Below are positions 29,706-40,619 of a stretch of 64,000 nt of DNA, piece by piece. A program made the translations under genes and the position numbers. The stretch's first letter is position 1. Every line of letters begins with the position of its first letter. The notes under the pieces are model-generated. The model searched no databases, was not told where the DNA came from, and worked only from the letters and a program-made list of their open reading frames with translations. The DNA comes from Trueperaceae bacterium (GTDB lineage Bacteria; Deinococcota; Deinococci; Deinococcales; Trueperaceae), in assembly GCA_965215565.1 (NCBI GenBank), contig CBDCDZ010000004.1, positions 4,192,001 through 4,256,000 of the forward strand, written 5' to 3'.

Positions 29706-30602
29706 TCACGTATACCTCTCGATAGCATCAGCAACTAACTTTCGGAGTTCGCGAAGTTGACCTTCAATGTTCGAAACAGTTTCATCCCAGTTGAATTTGT
29801 CAGTACTCCGGTCATGAGCATGACCAACATCGTTTCTGTGCTTTGTAAATAAGGTTTCCTGCCACTTTTTTACACTTCCCCCGTTCGATGTTGATACCCC
29901 CGGAGTTTCTCCATACCGCGTAACAACTCCGACGCTCGAGCCCAAGGCATCTTTTATAAAATTATCTACTTCATTTTGAGATGGTCTCTTGTTCTTGTCT
30001 TTATTATTTTGCCTGCGTTGTTTTACAACGGGCTCTACAACAAAAAGAAGTGTATTGTAGAGCAAGAGGTAGCTTACAACAGCATCGTCAACAGATAAGG
30101 ACGTTTTTAGCATTTTAGAAGCTATTTCTCGCTGCCGCGAAGGTGTGTCTTTGCTGAAATCCCCCAGCTTATGCAGATAGTTTTTTACCTCTTCTGAGTC
30201 GTTATGAAGTGCCCGAGTCGTCGAGTTTTCATGAAATAAAGATACTCTGTGCTCATTTGTTATAAAAGCTTGATCTTCACTACAAATTCTTCCTCTCTCA
30301 TAACGAACGCTTCCAACGTAGTTCAGGGTATGCAAAAATGTGAGGACAAACTGTTCCACCAACAGTTCTACCCAATATGCAAATTTCTGGTGTAAATCAG
30401 CTACTTGCCTCTCAGACTCATCAAGTTGGTCAATTTTGATCTTCATGTTCAGCAATATTTTTCTATCTGGTTGCTTTTGAGTCGTAAGAGTTAGGTGGGC
30501 TACTTCAGGTCTCGGTCTGTCTTTTTTCATGGGTTCAGTAAGCTCTAAGCCTGCAATTTCTATTGAGTAGCTGAGGCTTGCGGTTCTTTGATTAGAATTC
30601 AT
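29706..30602 (-). CDS. Low-GC MauJ/HEPN-like protein
   Basis: C-terminal ETLFTKHRNDVGH (Rx4H); visibly AT-rich relative to neighbours. Confidence 0.6.
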   Translation of the reverse strand: MNSNQRTASLSYSIEIAGLELTEPMKKDRPRPEVAHLTLTTQKQPDRKILLNMKIKIDQLDESERQVADLHQKFAYWVELLVEQFVLTFLHTLNYVGSVRYERGRICSEDQAFITNEHRVSLFHENSTTRALHNDSEEVKNYLHKLGDFSKDTPSRQREIASKMLKTSLSVDDAVVSYLLLYNTLLFVVEPVVKQRRQNNKDKNKRPSQNEVDNFIKDALGSSVGVVTRYGETPGVSTSNGGSVKKWQETLFTKHRNDVGHAHDRSTDKFNWDETVSNIEGQLRELRKLVADAIERYT

Positions 30603-30611
30603 ATTTAGATT

Positions 30612-31457
30612 TTACTCTTTACTACCTCTTTGCCTCACCACCGTGATAATATGCGTCCCTCCGTCCAAATTCCCAGGCTCCGCGCACAGCTTCTGCTCCC
30701 ACCTGAGCACCTTCTCCCACACCTCTTTCTCCTGCTCATAAACTCTCGCGACCTCTTCACTATGCGAGGTCGTGAGGTGATTCGACGCGGTCGCGGCGAG
30801 AAGCTCACAGCCGTGACGCTCTAAGAGCGCTTCGAGTTCAGCCCAGGTGTACATCTTCATCGCGTGACCTCTCGCGAACGCTTTGGGTAGCACGCCCGTT
30901 TTGATAACCTCTTCGGCGGCACCTAAGCCGTATGAGCGCACGAATTCCAAAACGCCCGGTAAAAAGACGCGCGTCGCGCCGATTTTGGACATGACGCTGA
31001 GGAGTAGAGGTCCACCCGGTTGGGTGACGCGGAGCAGTTCGGCGAGGGCGTCGTCAGCTCGTTCCATCACGTAGCTGAGCGGACCGCCGTAGCAGAGGGT
31101 AGCGTTAAACGCCCCGTCTTCGAAACGTGACAAGTCGGTGATGTCGAGTTTGTGGTGGGCTTGGATGAAGGACTCGAGCCCCGCCTCTTTCACCCGCTCG
31201 CGGTTCTGCGCCAACTGCTGCTCGGAAATGTCTCCCACGGTCACCTTCGCGCCTAGCTTAGCGAGTTCAGTCGTGAAGCGCCCCGGTCCTGCGCCTGCAT
31301 CTAAAACGTGCATCTCGCCCTGAACAAACCTCTTCAGATAATGCGTGTGCAGATGCAAGCTCACCCGATCCAAAGGTGCCTCGAAGCGGTTCCACTCGCG
31401 CTCGCCGTAGGCGTCGAAGAAGCGGGCGATGTGTTCGGCGTCGTAACGTGTCGGCAC
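30612..31457 (-). CDS. Class I SAM-dependent methyltransferase
   Basis: VLDAGAGPGRF, GDIS, YGGPLSY. Confidence 0.9.
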   Translation of the reverse strand: MPTRYDAEHIARFFDAYGEREWNRFEAPLDRVSLHLHTHYLKRFVQGEMHVLDAGAGPGRFTTELAKLGAKVTVGDISEQQLAQNRERVKEAGLESFIQAHHKLDITDLSRFEDGAFNATLCYGGPLSYVMERADDALAELLRVTQPGGPLLLSVMSKIGATRVFLPGVLEFVRSYGLGAAEEVIKTGVLPKAFARGHAMKMYTWAELEALLERHGCELLAATASNHLTTSHSEEVARVYEQEKEVWEKVLRWEQKLCAEPGNLDGGTHIITVVRQRGSKE

Positions 31458-31502
31458 CCTTCACTTTACCCCCACCTCGTGTTTACCTTACGGTAGCTGC
31501 GG

Positions 31503-32249
31503 TCAGGGATGCTGGTTAGGAACGTGGGCTCGCTGCGGGCTCGCCTGTTCGAAGCGGCGCGTCGGCTCGCTGTACTCGTCACTATATTCACCTCTACGTC
31601 CCTGCCTCTCCGCCGCCAAGCGCCACACGAACGCGGCAATTAGGCTCGCCACCACCATCTCGCCGCCGTCCTCGAGCACCGCGAAGCCCTCTTGCAGCGC
31701 CACCGGCGACGCGCGAAATAAGCTGTGCACGACGTCTAAGCCCAAGCCGAAGACGCCGAGCAGGGCGAAGCGCCAAGCGAGTCGCCTGGAAAGGTGACGT
31801 AATTTGGGCGTGGCGCGTCGGTACGATATCCAGAGCGCCAAGAGCACGGCGACGCCTAGGGCGCTCCAGGTGATCAGCTCGCCGAAATCTTGTCCGCGCA
31901 GCCCTAAAGCGTGCGGAATGTCAAAACGGCTCACGAGGAACCTGCCCCCTCTTTCGTGGAGGCCGAGCGCGTCATCGAGGAGCGCCAAGGTAAAAATAGA
32001 CGCCCAGAGCGCATAGGTCCAGGCGCGTTGTTTGCGAAAGAGGTAGAAGAGTAGCCCCGCGATGAGTGAGAACTTGAGGTACTGATACAACTCCGCGAAG
32101 CCGCGTTCGCGGTCAACCGTGAAACGGTTATAGAACGCGGATAGGTCTTCCGTGAAGAGGACGATAAGCAGAATGTGCAGTGCGATAAAGAGGAGGTCTA
32201 AGCTGAGGAGAAAGCGCAAGGGTTTGAAGCGGTGCAAGACGTGAAGCAT
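31503..32249 (-). CDS. Multi-pass membrane protein
   Basis: AELYQYLK, LDDALGLHE, LEDGGEM motifs; RBS before ATG at 32249. Confidence 0.75.
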   Translation of the reverse strand: MLHVLHRFKPLRFLLSLDLLFIALHILLIVLFTEDLSAFYNRFTVDRERGFAELYQYLKFSLIAGLLFYLFRKQRAWTYALWASIFTLALLDDALGLHERGGRFLVSRFDIPHALGLRGQDFGELITWSALGVAVLLALWISYRRATPKLRHLSRRLAWRFALLGVFGLGLDVVHSLFRASPVALQEGFAVLEDGGEMVVASLIAAFVWRLAAERQGRRGEYSDEYSEPTRRFEQASPQRAHVPNQHP

Positions 32250-32450
32250 GACGGCCTTTCTGGGAACAGTGCGTGAACGACATAGGTCAGCGGGCGAATC
32301 AGCGAGGCGTGAAGCAGTGGGATTCATCCAAACCCTGCCTGACATTACCATGACAATTCCAAAGCAAAGCGGACGTAGAGACAATTAGGCAGGGCAACGC
32401 CGCTCGAGTCGCCCCTTCCCCCGCCGCCGCTCTATCCCTTATGATGACCT

Positions 32451-32885
32451 ATGGACAACCTCCGCGACGAAGTAGCCAGCGCAGATTCCAACGAGACGCC
32501 TACCGCCAAGATGGAGCCCTCCACGTTGGGCGGCGTGCCCGGTATCGGCACCCTGCAAGTCGTGCGCGGTCAGAGGCGCGGCGATATTCTGGAAGTTTTA
32601 GGAACCTGGCGGCTCAAAGATGACGACGAGAGGGACGTGAGCGGGCTCCACGAAAGGTTGGAGTCCAGCGAAACCGTCACCTACAAGGGCAAGCTCGACG
32701 ACCCCGATGAGCCCGAGCGCAACGAAATCGAAGTCGAAGTCAACATCCTCTCCATCGAGACCTACACGTATGAGGGCGAAGAAGAGGGCAAGGCGGGACC
32801 GGAGCGGACGCTCTACACCTACCGCTTGTCCGGTGAACTTCCCTACATGAGCGAAGAGGAAGATGCGCGGGGGAGTAAGCTCTGA
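32451..32885 (+). CDS. Acidic hypothetical protein
   Basis: Host-like codon usage; followed by a terminator. Confidence 0.65.
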   Translation: MDNLRDEVASADSNETPTAKMEPSTLGGVPGIGTLQVVRGQRRGDILEVLGTWRLKDDDERDVSGLHERLESSETVTYKGKLDDPDEPERNEIEVEVNILSIETYTYEGEEEGKAGPERTLYTYRLSGELPYMSEEEDARGSKL

Positions 32886-32910
32886 GTGCTCGCACGGAAA
32901 AGAGAAACAG

Positions 32911-32952
32911 AAAAAAGAAGAGGTCAGCTTTGCGGCTGACCTCTTCTTTTTT
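32911..32952. terminator. Bidirectional intrinsic terminator
   Basis: AAAAAAGAAGAGGTCAGC-TTTGCG-GCTGACCTCTTCTTTTTT. Confidence 0.85.
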
Positions 32953-32973
32953 AGCAAGCTGAATTGAAAGGGC

Positions 32974-33048
32974 GCAGATAACATCCGCAACGTGAAAATC
33001 AAACATCGCTATTCAGACTGAGGGCGTTGGTGACCAGATGTTACCTGC
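32974..33048 (-). repeat. Family A 75-bp core next to the tRNA 3' end
   Basis: GCAGATAACATCC...AGATGTTACCTGC. Confidence 0.75.
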
Positions 33049-33053
33049 TAGTA

Positions 33054-33138
33054 TGCCGAGAAGGGGACTTGAACCCCTACCTCCTCAACGGAGACTAGCC
33101 CCTCAAGCTAGCGCGTCTACCTATTCCGCCACCTCGGC
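33054..33138 (-). tRNA. tRNA-Leu (anticodon GAG), CCA not encoded
   Basis: GCCGAGG acceptor stem; GGAATAGGTAGAC D arm; CTAGC-TTGAGGG-GCTAG anticodon arm; long variable arm; GGTTCAAGTCC. Confidence 0.95.
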
Positions 33139-33222
33139 TTACTCGCTGTGCGTACTTGGAAACACAAAGCGTGCAAAAGCGATAATACTTGCTTTTTAGG
33201 GGGTGTGTCAAGCGTGGGGTTC

Positions 33223-33927
33223 TCAAGAGCACGCGCCGAGCACGCGCCAACCTCTTGCGTGAGCCACCGCTCCGAGTTCGGCGCTCGGATAGACGGCGAC
33301 AGCCTCTTCCGCCTGCGTCAACATCGGCACGTCCGCCTCGGTGTCGCCGTAAGCGACGCCCAGTGTGCGTCCGCTCAGCCAAGCGGTGAGCCTCTCCAAC
33401 TTCGCCTCGCCCATGTTGACCTCTCCAGTGAGACGCCCCGCCGCGACGTTAGCAGCGTTCATCTCTAGAGGTGTCCCGAGCGCTACCGCACCCAGCCGCG
33501 CCGCGAGCACCTCTAAGATAGGTTGGTAGACGCCCGACGCTAAGACGAGCGTGCGCCCCGCCTTTTTGTGACGCTCCAGCTCTGCGACGACGTCCGGGCG
33601 GCGCTTCGCCCACAGCTCGTGCTCGACAACCCAAGTTGCAACTTCGCCGAGCGTCGCCGCGTCCATGCCTGAGAAAAACTGCGCTAAGTCCTCTATCCAG
33701 CGCGTTTTATACGCCGCCTCATCCTTTACGCCCAGCTTCATGAGCGCGAAACCCGGCACTCGCGCCGCGAAGAAGCGGCGGTACGCGCCCCGCTGCTCAC
33801 GCTGCTGATAGTAGCGCCCGAGGGCTCGCCAAGTCTCGCCCGTGGTGAGCGTGCCCTCGACGTCTGAAACGACGATGACTTCGGATGTAGCTAGTGGCAT
33901 CTCACGCGCCCTCTCTACCCGATCCAC
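33223..33927 (-). CDS. HAD-IB family hydrolase
   Basis: DVEGTLT, ASG, K, YGDTEADVPML. Confidence 0.88.
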   Translation of the reverse strand: MDRVERAREMPLATSEVIVVSDVEGTLTTGETWRALGRYYQQREQRGAYRRFFAARVPGFALMKLGVKDEAAYKTRWIEDLAQFFSGMDAATLGEVATWVVEHELWAKRRPDVVAELERHKKAGRTLVLASGVYQPILEVLAARLGAVALGTPLEMNAANVAAGRLTGEVNMGEAKLERLTAWLSGRTLGVAYGDTEADVPMLTQAEEAVAVYPSAELGAVAHARGWRVLGACS

Positions 33928-34349
33928 CTTGCTTCACCGACAGGCTCGAGCCTGCCGCGCACCGCTTCAGGAATAGGCGTCGCCTTCTTCTCCTGCAGAT
34001 TGACGAAGACACACGTCTGCGTCGCTTGAACCGCGAGCGCGTCGGCCACCTTGAATTCCGCCTCCAACATAAGGCTGCTGCGCCCCGCTTTGGCAACCCA
34101 CATTGCGCTACAGACCTCTTCTAACAAGGTGACGGAGCGCTTGTAGCTGACATTTGTCGCGGCGACGACGGGCACGACGCCCGTGCGCTCCATCTGCTCT
34201 AAAGGATAAACGTCTTCGAAAAGCTCCGAGCGCAAGTCCTCCAACCAGCGTACGTAGACGATGTTGCTGACGATGCCTGCCGAGTCGATATCGTAGGTGC
34301 GCACGGGGCGGATGAGTTCGGTGTAGAGGGGTTTATCGCCTTTATTCAT
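33915..34349 (-). CDS. Acyl-CoA thioesterase (4HBT/YbgC-like)
   Basis: VRTYDIDSAGIVSNIVYVRWLE. Confidence 0.88.
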   Translation of the reverse strand: MNKGDKPLYTELIRPVRTYDIDSAGIVSNIVYVRWLEDLRSELFEDVYPLEQMERTGVVPVVAATNVSYKRSVTLLEEVCSAMWVAKAGRSSLMLEAEFKVADALAVQATQTCVFVNLQEKKATPIPEAVRGRLEPVGEARWIG

Positions 34350-34449
34350 AAAATCTCCAGAGAGTAACGTAGCACGGCTCTGTAAAGTGCGTTGTCGGAC
34401 GTTGTTGAATTTGTCTTGGAGCATAGAAGGGAGAACAAAAACGGATAGC

Positions 34450-34767
34450 GGTTCTAAGTCGAATGCTGCCGCGCTCCTTCTACCGTCTCCATGTGATGAA
34501 CAAGGGGTTGAAACCCCTTGCTTTTAGCAGTTCCACAACATATTGAGAGAGTTGAGCGTAGATCTCTGTCCGCAAGGACTAGCGTTACGGGCAGGCCGCC
34601 CTGCCGTTGCGGGATTTCATCCCTTGAAGTGCGTGCTAGTTACGTAGTTTTCACGCAGTGAAACATCGTTTTACAAAGTGCGAGTGTTGCTTCACAAAAC
34701 TTCGTACACTCTGACTAGATGATACCTGCTATTTGATACCGGCATTACTTCAGCTAGAGCCACCCCC
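34450..34767 (+). repeat. Family B repeat interrupted by family A
   Basis: B 5' part and palindrome at 34450-34520; B 3' remnant CATTACTTCAGCTAGAGCCACC resumes after 34730. Confidence 0.75.
34527..34729 (-). repeat. Family A repeat, 203-bp long form
   Basis: TA|GCAG...CTGC|TA ends; near-identical to 5996-6198. Confidence 0.9.
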
Positions 34768-34905
34768 TAAAATGTTCCCTTCTCTGTATTTTGTCTTCTG
34801 TATGCTCCCTCCTTTCGTCCGCGTAACTGATACATGCCTTCAACTCTAAAGTGCCGCTTTCCTACCGCACCACCTATCCTCACTTCATCCGCTATGCTGG
34901 CACAC

Positions 34906-35568
34906 GTGACCAAAGAGCGTTATCAAAAAATCATGGCGGTCTTACGCAAGCGCCAGAGTGACCTCACCATCTTGGCGGAGAATGTCTACAAACCGCACAA
35001 CCTCTCAGCGATGATCCGTTCGTGTGACGCGGTAGGTGTCGGCACGGTGCACGCGCTTAACCCGACGGGAGGCGTGCCCACCTACAATGAGACGAGCGCG
35101 AGCGCGAACAAGTGGGTCAAAGTGCGCGTGCTGCCCTCTCTACAAGAGGTCAAGCGTGAACTTCACGGGATGCAATTTCTGGTGGCGCACCTCTCGGATG
35201 AAGCCGTGGACTACCGAGAGGTAGACTACACGAAGCCAACCTGCGTCCTCTTCGGCAACGAGAAAGAGGGGGTTTCAGAAGAAGCTGCCGCGCTCGCGGA
35301 CGCGCACCTCATCGTCCCGATGCTCGGTATGGTGCCCTCGCTGAACGTCTCGGTGGCGACGGCGGTGATCCTCTTCGAGGCGCAGCGGCAGCGCTTAGTG
35401 GCGGGGCTCTATGACGCGCCTGAGCTAAGTGACGAGGCGATGAACGCGCAGGCGTTTCGCTGGCTCTACCCGCGCCAAGCCGCGCTGTTAGAGGAGCAGG
35501 GTGAGCCTTTGCCTCAGTTGGACGAAGAGGGAAGTCCAGTCCAAAACACAGTGAGCGACCAGGCGTAG
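34906..35568 (+). CDS. trmH: tRNA (guanosine-18 2'-O)-methyltransferase
   Basis: KPHNLSAMIRSCDAVG, FGNEKEG, SLNVSVA; likely leaderless GTG after TATGCT. Confidence 0.92.
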   Translation: MTKERYQKIMAVLRKRQSDLTILAENVYKPHNLSAMIRSCDAVGVGTVHALNPTGGVPTYNETSASANKWVKVRVLPSLQEVKRELHGMQFLVAHLSDEAVDYREVDYTKPTCVLFGNEKEGVSEEAAALADAHLIVPMLGMVPSLNVSVATAVILFEAQRQRLVAGLYDAPELSDEAMNAQAFRWLYPRQAALLEEQGEPLPQLDEEGSPVQNTVSDQA

Positions 35569-35808
35569 TTGCCTGACGCAGCTTAGCCTTCTCGGGCGCT
35601 CGCGACGCAAAGAGCCTCATCGGAACGAAAACCGAAGATTTTTGATGATTTCTCCGAATACCCCCTCCGCTTGTGGCGGAGTTCATGAGTCGGCAATAGG
35701 GCATTGAGCGAGACCCGTGCAAGCTACGCAATTCCATATGAGGACCTCGAGCCGCTCGCTGCAACCTCGCATTGCATTTTGTTTCACAAACGCTTGCTAC
35801 ACTGAGGT

Positions 35809-36984
35809 ATGACTATCTCAGCTTGGAAAACGGCTATGCTTCTTGGCTTTTTACTCCTTTTAGCGGCGTGTGACTCCTCAGCGAACGCGCAAGTGAGCGG
35901 AGAGGTGGGGCTCGAGCCCGTCACCAGCAACCTCTCCCAGCCTACCGCCATCACCCACGCAGGCGACGGGTCAGGGCGGCTCTTCGTCACGCAGAAAGGG
36001 GGCGAGCTTGTGATTCTCGAGGGTGGGGAAGTTCTGTCTCAGCCTTTCCTAGACCTCAGCGACATGGTCACGACGAACAGCGAACGTGGGCTTTTAGACG
36101 CGGCGTTTCACCCGAACTACGAGGAGAACGGGCGCTTCTTCGTCCACTACTCGGACACGAACGGTGACACGGTGATTTCCGAATACAGCGTGTCTGATGA
36201 CCCTAACGTAGCGGACGCGGGCTCCGAGCGCGTGCTCCTCACCGCCGAGCAACCCTATTCGAACCACAACGGCGGTGAGTTAGCGTTCGGACCGGACGGC
36301 TACCTCTATATTGGGCTAGGTGACGGCGGCTCGGGCGGCGACCCGGAGAACAACGGTCAGGACTTGAGCACGCTTTTAGGCGCAATCTTGCGCATCGATG
36401 TTGACGCTGAGGGGGGCGACCCCTACAGCATTCCCGAAGACAATCCCTTTGTGAATGACGAAAACGCGAGACCAGAGATTTGGGCGTACGGGCTGCGTAA
36501 CCCGTGGCGCTTCTCCTTCGACCGCGAGACGGGCGACCTCTTCATCGGAGACGTGGGGCAGAATGCCTATGAGGAAATAGACTTTCAGAGCGCGAGCAGC
36601 GAGGGCGGCGAGAACTACGGTTGGAATCCCACCGAGGGGGCGCACTGCTACCTCTCCGGCTGCGCACTAGAACCTTACGTCCTGCCGATTTTGGAGTACA
36701 GCCACGCCTCGGGCGAGGGCAGCTCCGTCACGGGCGGCTACCGCTACCGGGGTGAGGCAACTCCGAGTTTGGAGGGCGTGTACCTCTTCGGCGACTTCGG
36801 CAGCGGCAACCTCTGGGGCGCGACTCAGGGCGAGGACGGCGCGTGGTCGAGCGAGAAGCTCCTAGAGACCGGGCGCAATCTCGTCGCTTTCGGCGAAGAT
36901 GAAGCGGGCGAGATTTATGTTGCGGACTTTTCGGGCACGCTTTACCGAATCACAGGGAGCGTAGATGCGGCGCAAGCAGATTGA
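35809..36984 (+). CDS. PQQ-dependent sugar dehydrogenase (GSDH) lipoprotein
   Basis: Lipobox LAAC; ERGLL, NHNGGELAFGPDGYLY, YGLRNPWR. Confidence 0.9.
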   Translation: MTISAWKTAMLLGFLLLLAACDSSANAQVSGEVGLEPVTSNLSQPTAITHAGDGSGRLFVTQKGGELVILEGGEVLSQPFLDLSDMVTTNSERGLLDAAFHPNYEENGRFFVHYSDTNGDTVISEYSVSDDPNVADAGSERVLLTAEQPYSNHNGGELAFGPDGYLYIGLGDGGSGGDPENNGQDLSTLLGAILRIDVDAEGGDPYSIPEDNPFVNDENARPEIWAYGLRNPWRFSFDRETGDLFIGDVGQNAYEEIDFQSASSEGGENYGWNPTEGAHCYLSGCALEPYVLPILEYSHASGEGSSVTGGYRYRGEATPSLEGVYLFGDFGSGNLWGATQGEDGAWSSEKLLETGRNLVAFGEDEAGEIYVADFSGTLYRITGSVDAAQAD

Positions 36985-37063
36985 TAGTATTTTCATTTTG
37001 TAGGGATGGACGCCGAGGTTGCGGAAGAGGTGACAGCTCTGGTTCTCCCGGTTAAACTCTCCT

Positions 37064-37294
37064 ATGGCTGATAGCAGCGACATCAAACTGGGTGTTCCGC
37101 CCGCAACGAAACGTTACGATCTAACTGAAAGCATCGTCTGTGCGGCGCTCTCAAAAAATCCTGACCCGGCTGGACGTCCGGCGGCGTTAGAGAAGCTTTT
37201 AGGTAAGACGTTGGAAGAAGCGACGCAAGAAGAAGTGGCAGAAGTCACTATCAAATACGCTAAGCTCGTGAGGAGGGTTTTCGACGCGCTGTAA
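37064..37294 (+). CDS. Small hypothetical protein
   Basis: TAAACT box 4-5 nt before the ATG; protein-like sequence. Confidence 0.55.
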   Translation: MADSSDIKLGVPPATKRYDLTESIVCAALSKNPDPAGRPAALEKLLGKTLEEATQEEVAEVTIKYAKLVRRVFDAL

Positions 37295-37304
37295 TTCGCA
37301 GCTT

Positions 37305-37417
37305 GGGTGGTGGCTCTACTTGGAATGACGTCGGTACCAAAGCAAGGGGTTAAAACCCCTTGTTCTCACTACGTAGAGATAGCGAAGGGAGCACGTAGCA
37401 GCCTTCGACTTAGAACC
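37305..37417 (-). repeat. Family B repeat
   Basis: Reverse-complement homolog of 3673-3782 with CAAGGGGTTAAAACCCCTTG. Confidence 0.8.
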
Positions 37418-37458
37418 TCACGACTACTCAACGTCGTAAACAAAGCTAGGGATATACG

Positions 37459-37492
37459 AAAAAGCGCTCGAGTCTAAACTCGAGCGCTTTTT
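37459..37492. terminator. Bidirectional terminator downstream of csp
   Basis: AAAAAGCGCTCGAGT-CTAA-ACTCGAGCGCTTTTT. Confidence 0.85.
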
Positions 37493-37512
37493 GATTGCGA
37501 AGCTAAGAAAAC

Positions 37513-37749
37513 TTAGTAACGCTGACGCGAAGGAGCGGGCGCGGCGTTCGTCACGGTGACGTTTTTCGCCTGGAGGCCCTTTTGACCCTGCTCGACGTCG
37601 AACTCTACTTCGTCGCCTTCGTTGAGGCTACGGTAGCCGTTGCCGCCAATCGCTGAGAAGTGGCAGAAGACGTCGGCGCTGCCGTCGTCTTGCTCGATGA
37701 AGCCGAAGCCTTTTTCGTTGCTGAACCATTTCACTTTACCTGTTGCCAT
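37513..37749 (-). CDS. cspA: Cold-shock protein
   Basis: [23 protein letters not shown]. Confidence 0.93.
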   Translation of the reverse strand: MATGKVKWFSNEKGFGFIEQDDGSADVFCHFSAIGGNGYRSLNEGDEVEFDVEQGQKGLQAKNVTVTNAAPAPSRQRY

Positions 37750-38018
37750 GTTTTACCTATCTTCCTAACTGACTAAGCTAAGGCTTAATCACTAAACACT
37801 TCTCGAGCTTGGGCTCGAGCTACGAAGAAGCCATGAAATTTGCTCTCTCGCAGTAACGCTAGTGTAAGCTATCCTCACAAAAAATACAAGCACCTATGAG
37901 CACCTCTTCATCGTAGCTTCACTCTTTCCTTATTGAAGTGAGGTATTTGCGGAGCGGAGCCTTTCCCAATGCAATACGGCGCATCCGAAAAAGAGCGCCC
38001 TTCTGCTATGATGAAGGG

Positions 38019-38705
38019 GTGGACACGCTCGTCATACGCGACTTAGGACGCTTAGATTACAGAGAGGCGTGGGGCGTGCAGCTCAGGGCGCACGCCGCCG
38101 TTGCGAGCGGCGACGCGCCGCCGACGCTTCTGCTAGTCGAACACCCGCCCGTCATCACCTTCGGTAAAAAGGGCGGACGCAGCAACCTCTTGGCGGACGA
38201 AGATTTTCTGGCGTCGCAGGGTTTCTCCCTCTACGACATCGAGCGCGGCGGCGACGTGACCTACCACGGACCGGGTCAGCTCGTGGGCTATCCGATTCTG
38301 CCGATCGGCAGAAAGGTGCGCAACTATCTGCGCAACTTAGAAGCGGTGATGGTGGGCGTCTTGGCGGACTATGGTTTGGAGAGCGAAGGCAGCCCCGGCT
38401 ACGCAGGCGTGTGGGTCGGTGACGAGAAGGTTGTGGCGATTGGCGTGGCGATCAAACGCAACGTCTCCTTTCACGGTTTCGCGCTGAACGTACACACAAA
38501 TTTGGAGCACTTTACCTACATCGTGCCCTGCGGCTTAGCGAACAAGGGCGTAACGAGCCTGTCGAAACTCACCGGGCGACACGTGCCGTTAGAAGAGGTC
38601 AAACCTAAGCTCATACGAGAATTTGAGAAGGTGTTCGGGGTACAAGTGCAGAATGTGGATTATCTAGCATCACCAAACTTGGATTATGCAGATATCATCT
38701 CATAA
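38019..38705 (+). CDS. lipB: Lipoyl(octanoyl) transferase
   Basis: EHPPVITFG, RGGDVTYHGPGQLVGYP, IVPCGL; leaderless GTG after TATGAT. Confidence 0.95.
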   Translation: MDTLVIRDLGRLDYREAWGVQLRAHAAVASGDAPPTLLLVEHPPVITFGKKGGRSNLLADEDFLASQGFSLYDIERGGDVTYHGPGQLVGYPILPIGRKVRNYLRNLEAVMVGVLADYGLESEGSPGYAGVWVGDEKVVAIGVAIKRNVSFHGFALNVHTNLEHFTYIVPCGLANKGVTSLSKLTGRHVPLEEVKPKLIREFEKVFGVQVQNVDYLASPNLDYADIIS

Positions 38706-38762
38706 CGTACGTGCTAGGCGATACTTTTCAACTGAGCGTATCAACGACCAGATGATACCTGC
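38688..38762 (-). repeat. Family A 75-bp core between lipB and lipA
   Basis: GCAGATATCATCT...AGATGATACCTGC; contains the lipB stop and abuts the lipA RBS. Confidence 0.8.
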
Positions 38763-38776
38763 AAGGAGGTTCTTTC

Positions 38777-39718
<942 letters not shown>

Positions 39719-39731
39719 AGAACGTCAAGTT

Positions 39732-39766
39732 AAGAAGAGGTGATAGCGCTATCACCTCTTCTTTTT
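39732..39766 (+). terminator. Intrinsic terminator
   Basis: AAGAAGAGGTGATAGCGCTATCACCTCTTCTTTTT. Confidence 0.8.
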
Positions 39767-39833
39767 GCACGTAATTTTTTGTCGTGCCGGAACCCGACGC
39801 GCCAAAGATCGGGTAGAGGGCACGCGCTAAAGT

Positions 39834-40418
39834 CTAGCTCGCCGTCTCGACCTCTGGCTGCTCTTCTGGCGCAGCCGCGCCCTGATGGATGACCTCGTCA
39901 CTCGTCTCCTTAAAGGTCTCGATGCCGTCTTGGATGAGCTTGTGCATCTCTTTTTCGCCGCGCCAGCCGTCCACTTTGGTCTCTTTGCCCTCTAACTCCT
40001 TATAGATATTAAAGAAGTGCTCGATTTCGCGCAGACGGTGGCGCGAGATGCTGTCCAAATGGCGGTTGCCGTCGAAGCGGGGGTCGTCGGCGGGGACGGC
40101 TAGAAGCTTCTGGTCGCCGCCCTTCTCATCGCTCATCTCCAAGTAACCCAGGGGACGCACCTGTAGCACCGCGCCGGGGAAGGTTGGCGCGTTGACTAAA
40201 ACGATTACATCGATAGGATCGCCGTCTTCGGCTAAGGTGCTCGGGATAAAGCCGTAGTCGCCGGGGTAGTGGAGCGGGCTGTAGAGCACGCGGTCGAGCC
40301 TGAAGATGCCGTGCTCTGGGTCGTACTCGTACTTGTTCGCGCTGTTCATCGGCACTTCGATCACCGCTTGAATGATGTCGGGCGCTTTCTCGCCGACGGG
40401 TAGGTGGAATAAATTCAT
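39834..40418 (-). CDS. ppa: Soluble inorganic pyrophosphatase, family I
   Basis: KYEYD, DRVL, YPGDYGF, DGDPIDV, YKELE. Confidence 0.96.
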   Translation of the reverse strand: MNLFHLPVGEKAPDIIQAVIEVPMNSANKYEYDPEHGIFRLDRVLYSPLHYPGDYGFIPSTLAEDGDPIDVIVLVNAPTFPGAVLQVRPLGYLEMSDEKGGDQKLLAVPADDPRFDGNRHLDSISRHRLREIEHFFNIYKELEGKETKVDGWRGEKEMHKLIQDGIETFKETSDEVIHQGAAAPEEQPEVETAS

Positions 40419-40619
40419 GCGTGTTCCTTTCTAAATTCGTGTGAATGAGGGCGCTGCCGCATCGGGTTCAACTATACAGGTAAGATAGGAGTGCTTTTGT
40501 GACAGATAAGCGTTGTTATGCGAGACTAGAAGCTCGAGCACCTACTGACTCAGTGACGCGCTACATTTGAGCGACTCGGGGGTCTCCTCGAGAAGCGGTG
40601 AGCGCTGGCACTAGAAGAA

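Noticed and set aside
33000..33140. tRNA-Leu as an integration site for an island
   Set aside because: No integrase and no duplicated tRNA 3' end elsewhere in the window
35655..35686. CTCCGC-TTGTG-GCGGAG-TTCAT hairpin as an IS200/IS605 end
   Set aside because: Single short hairpin, with no partner end or transposase to support it
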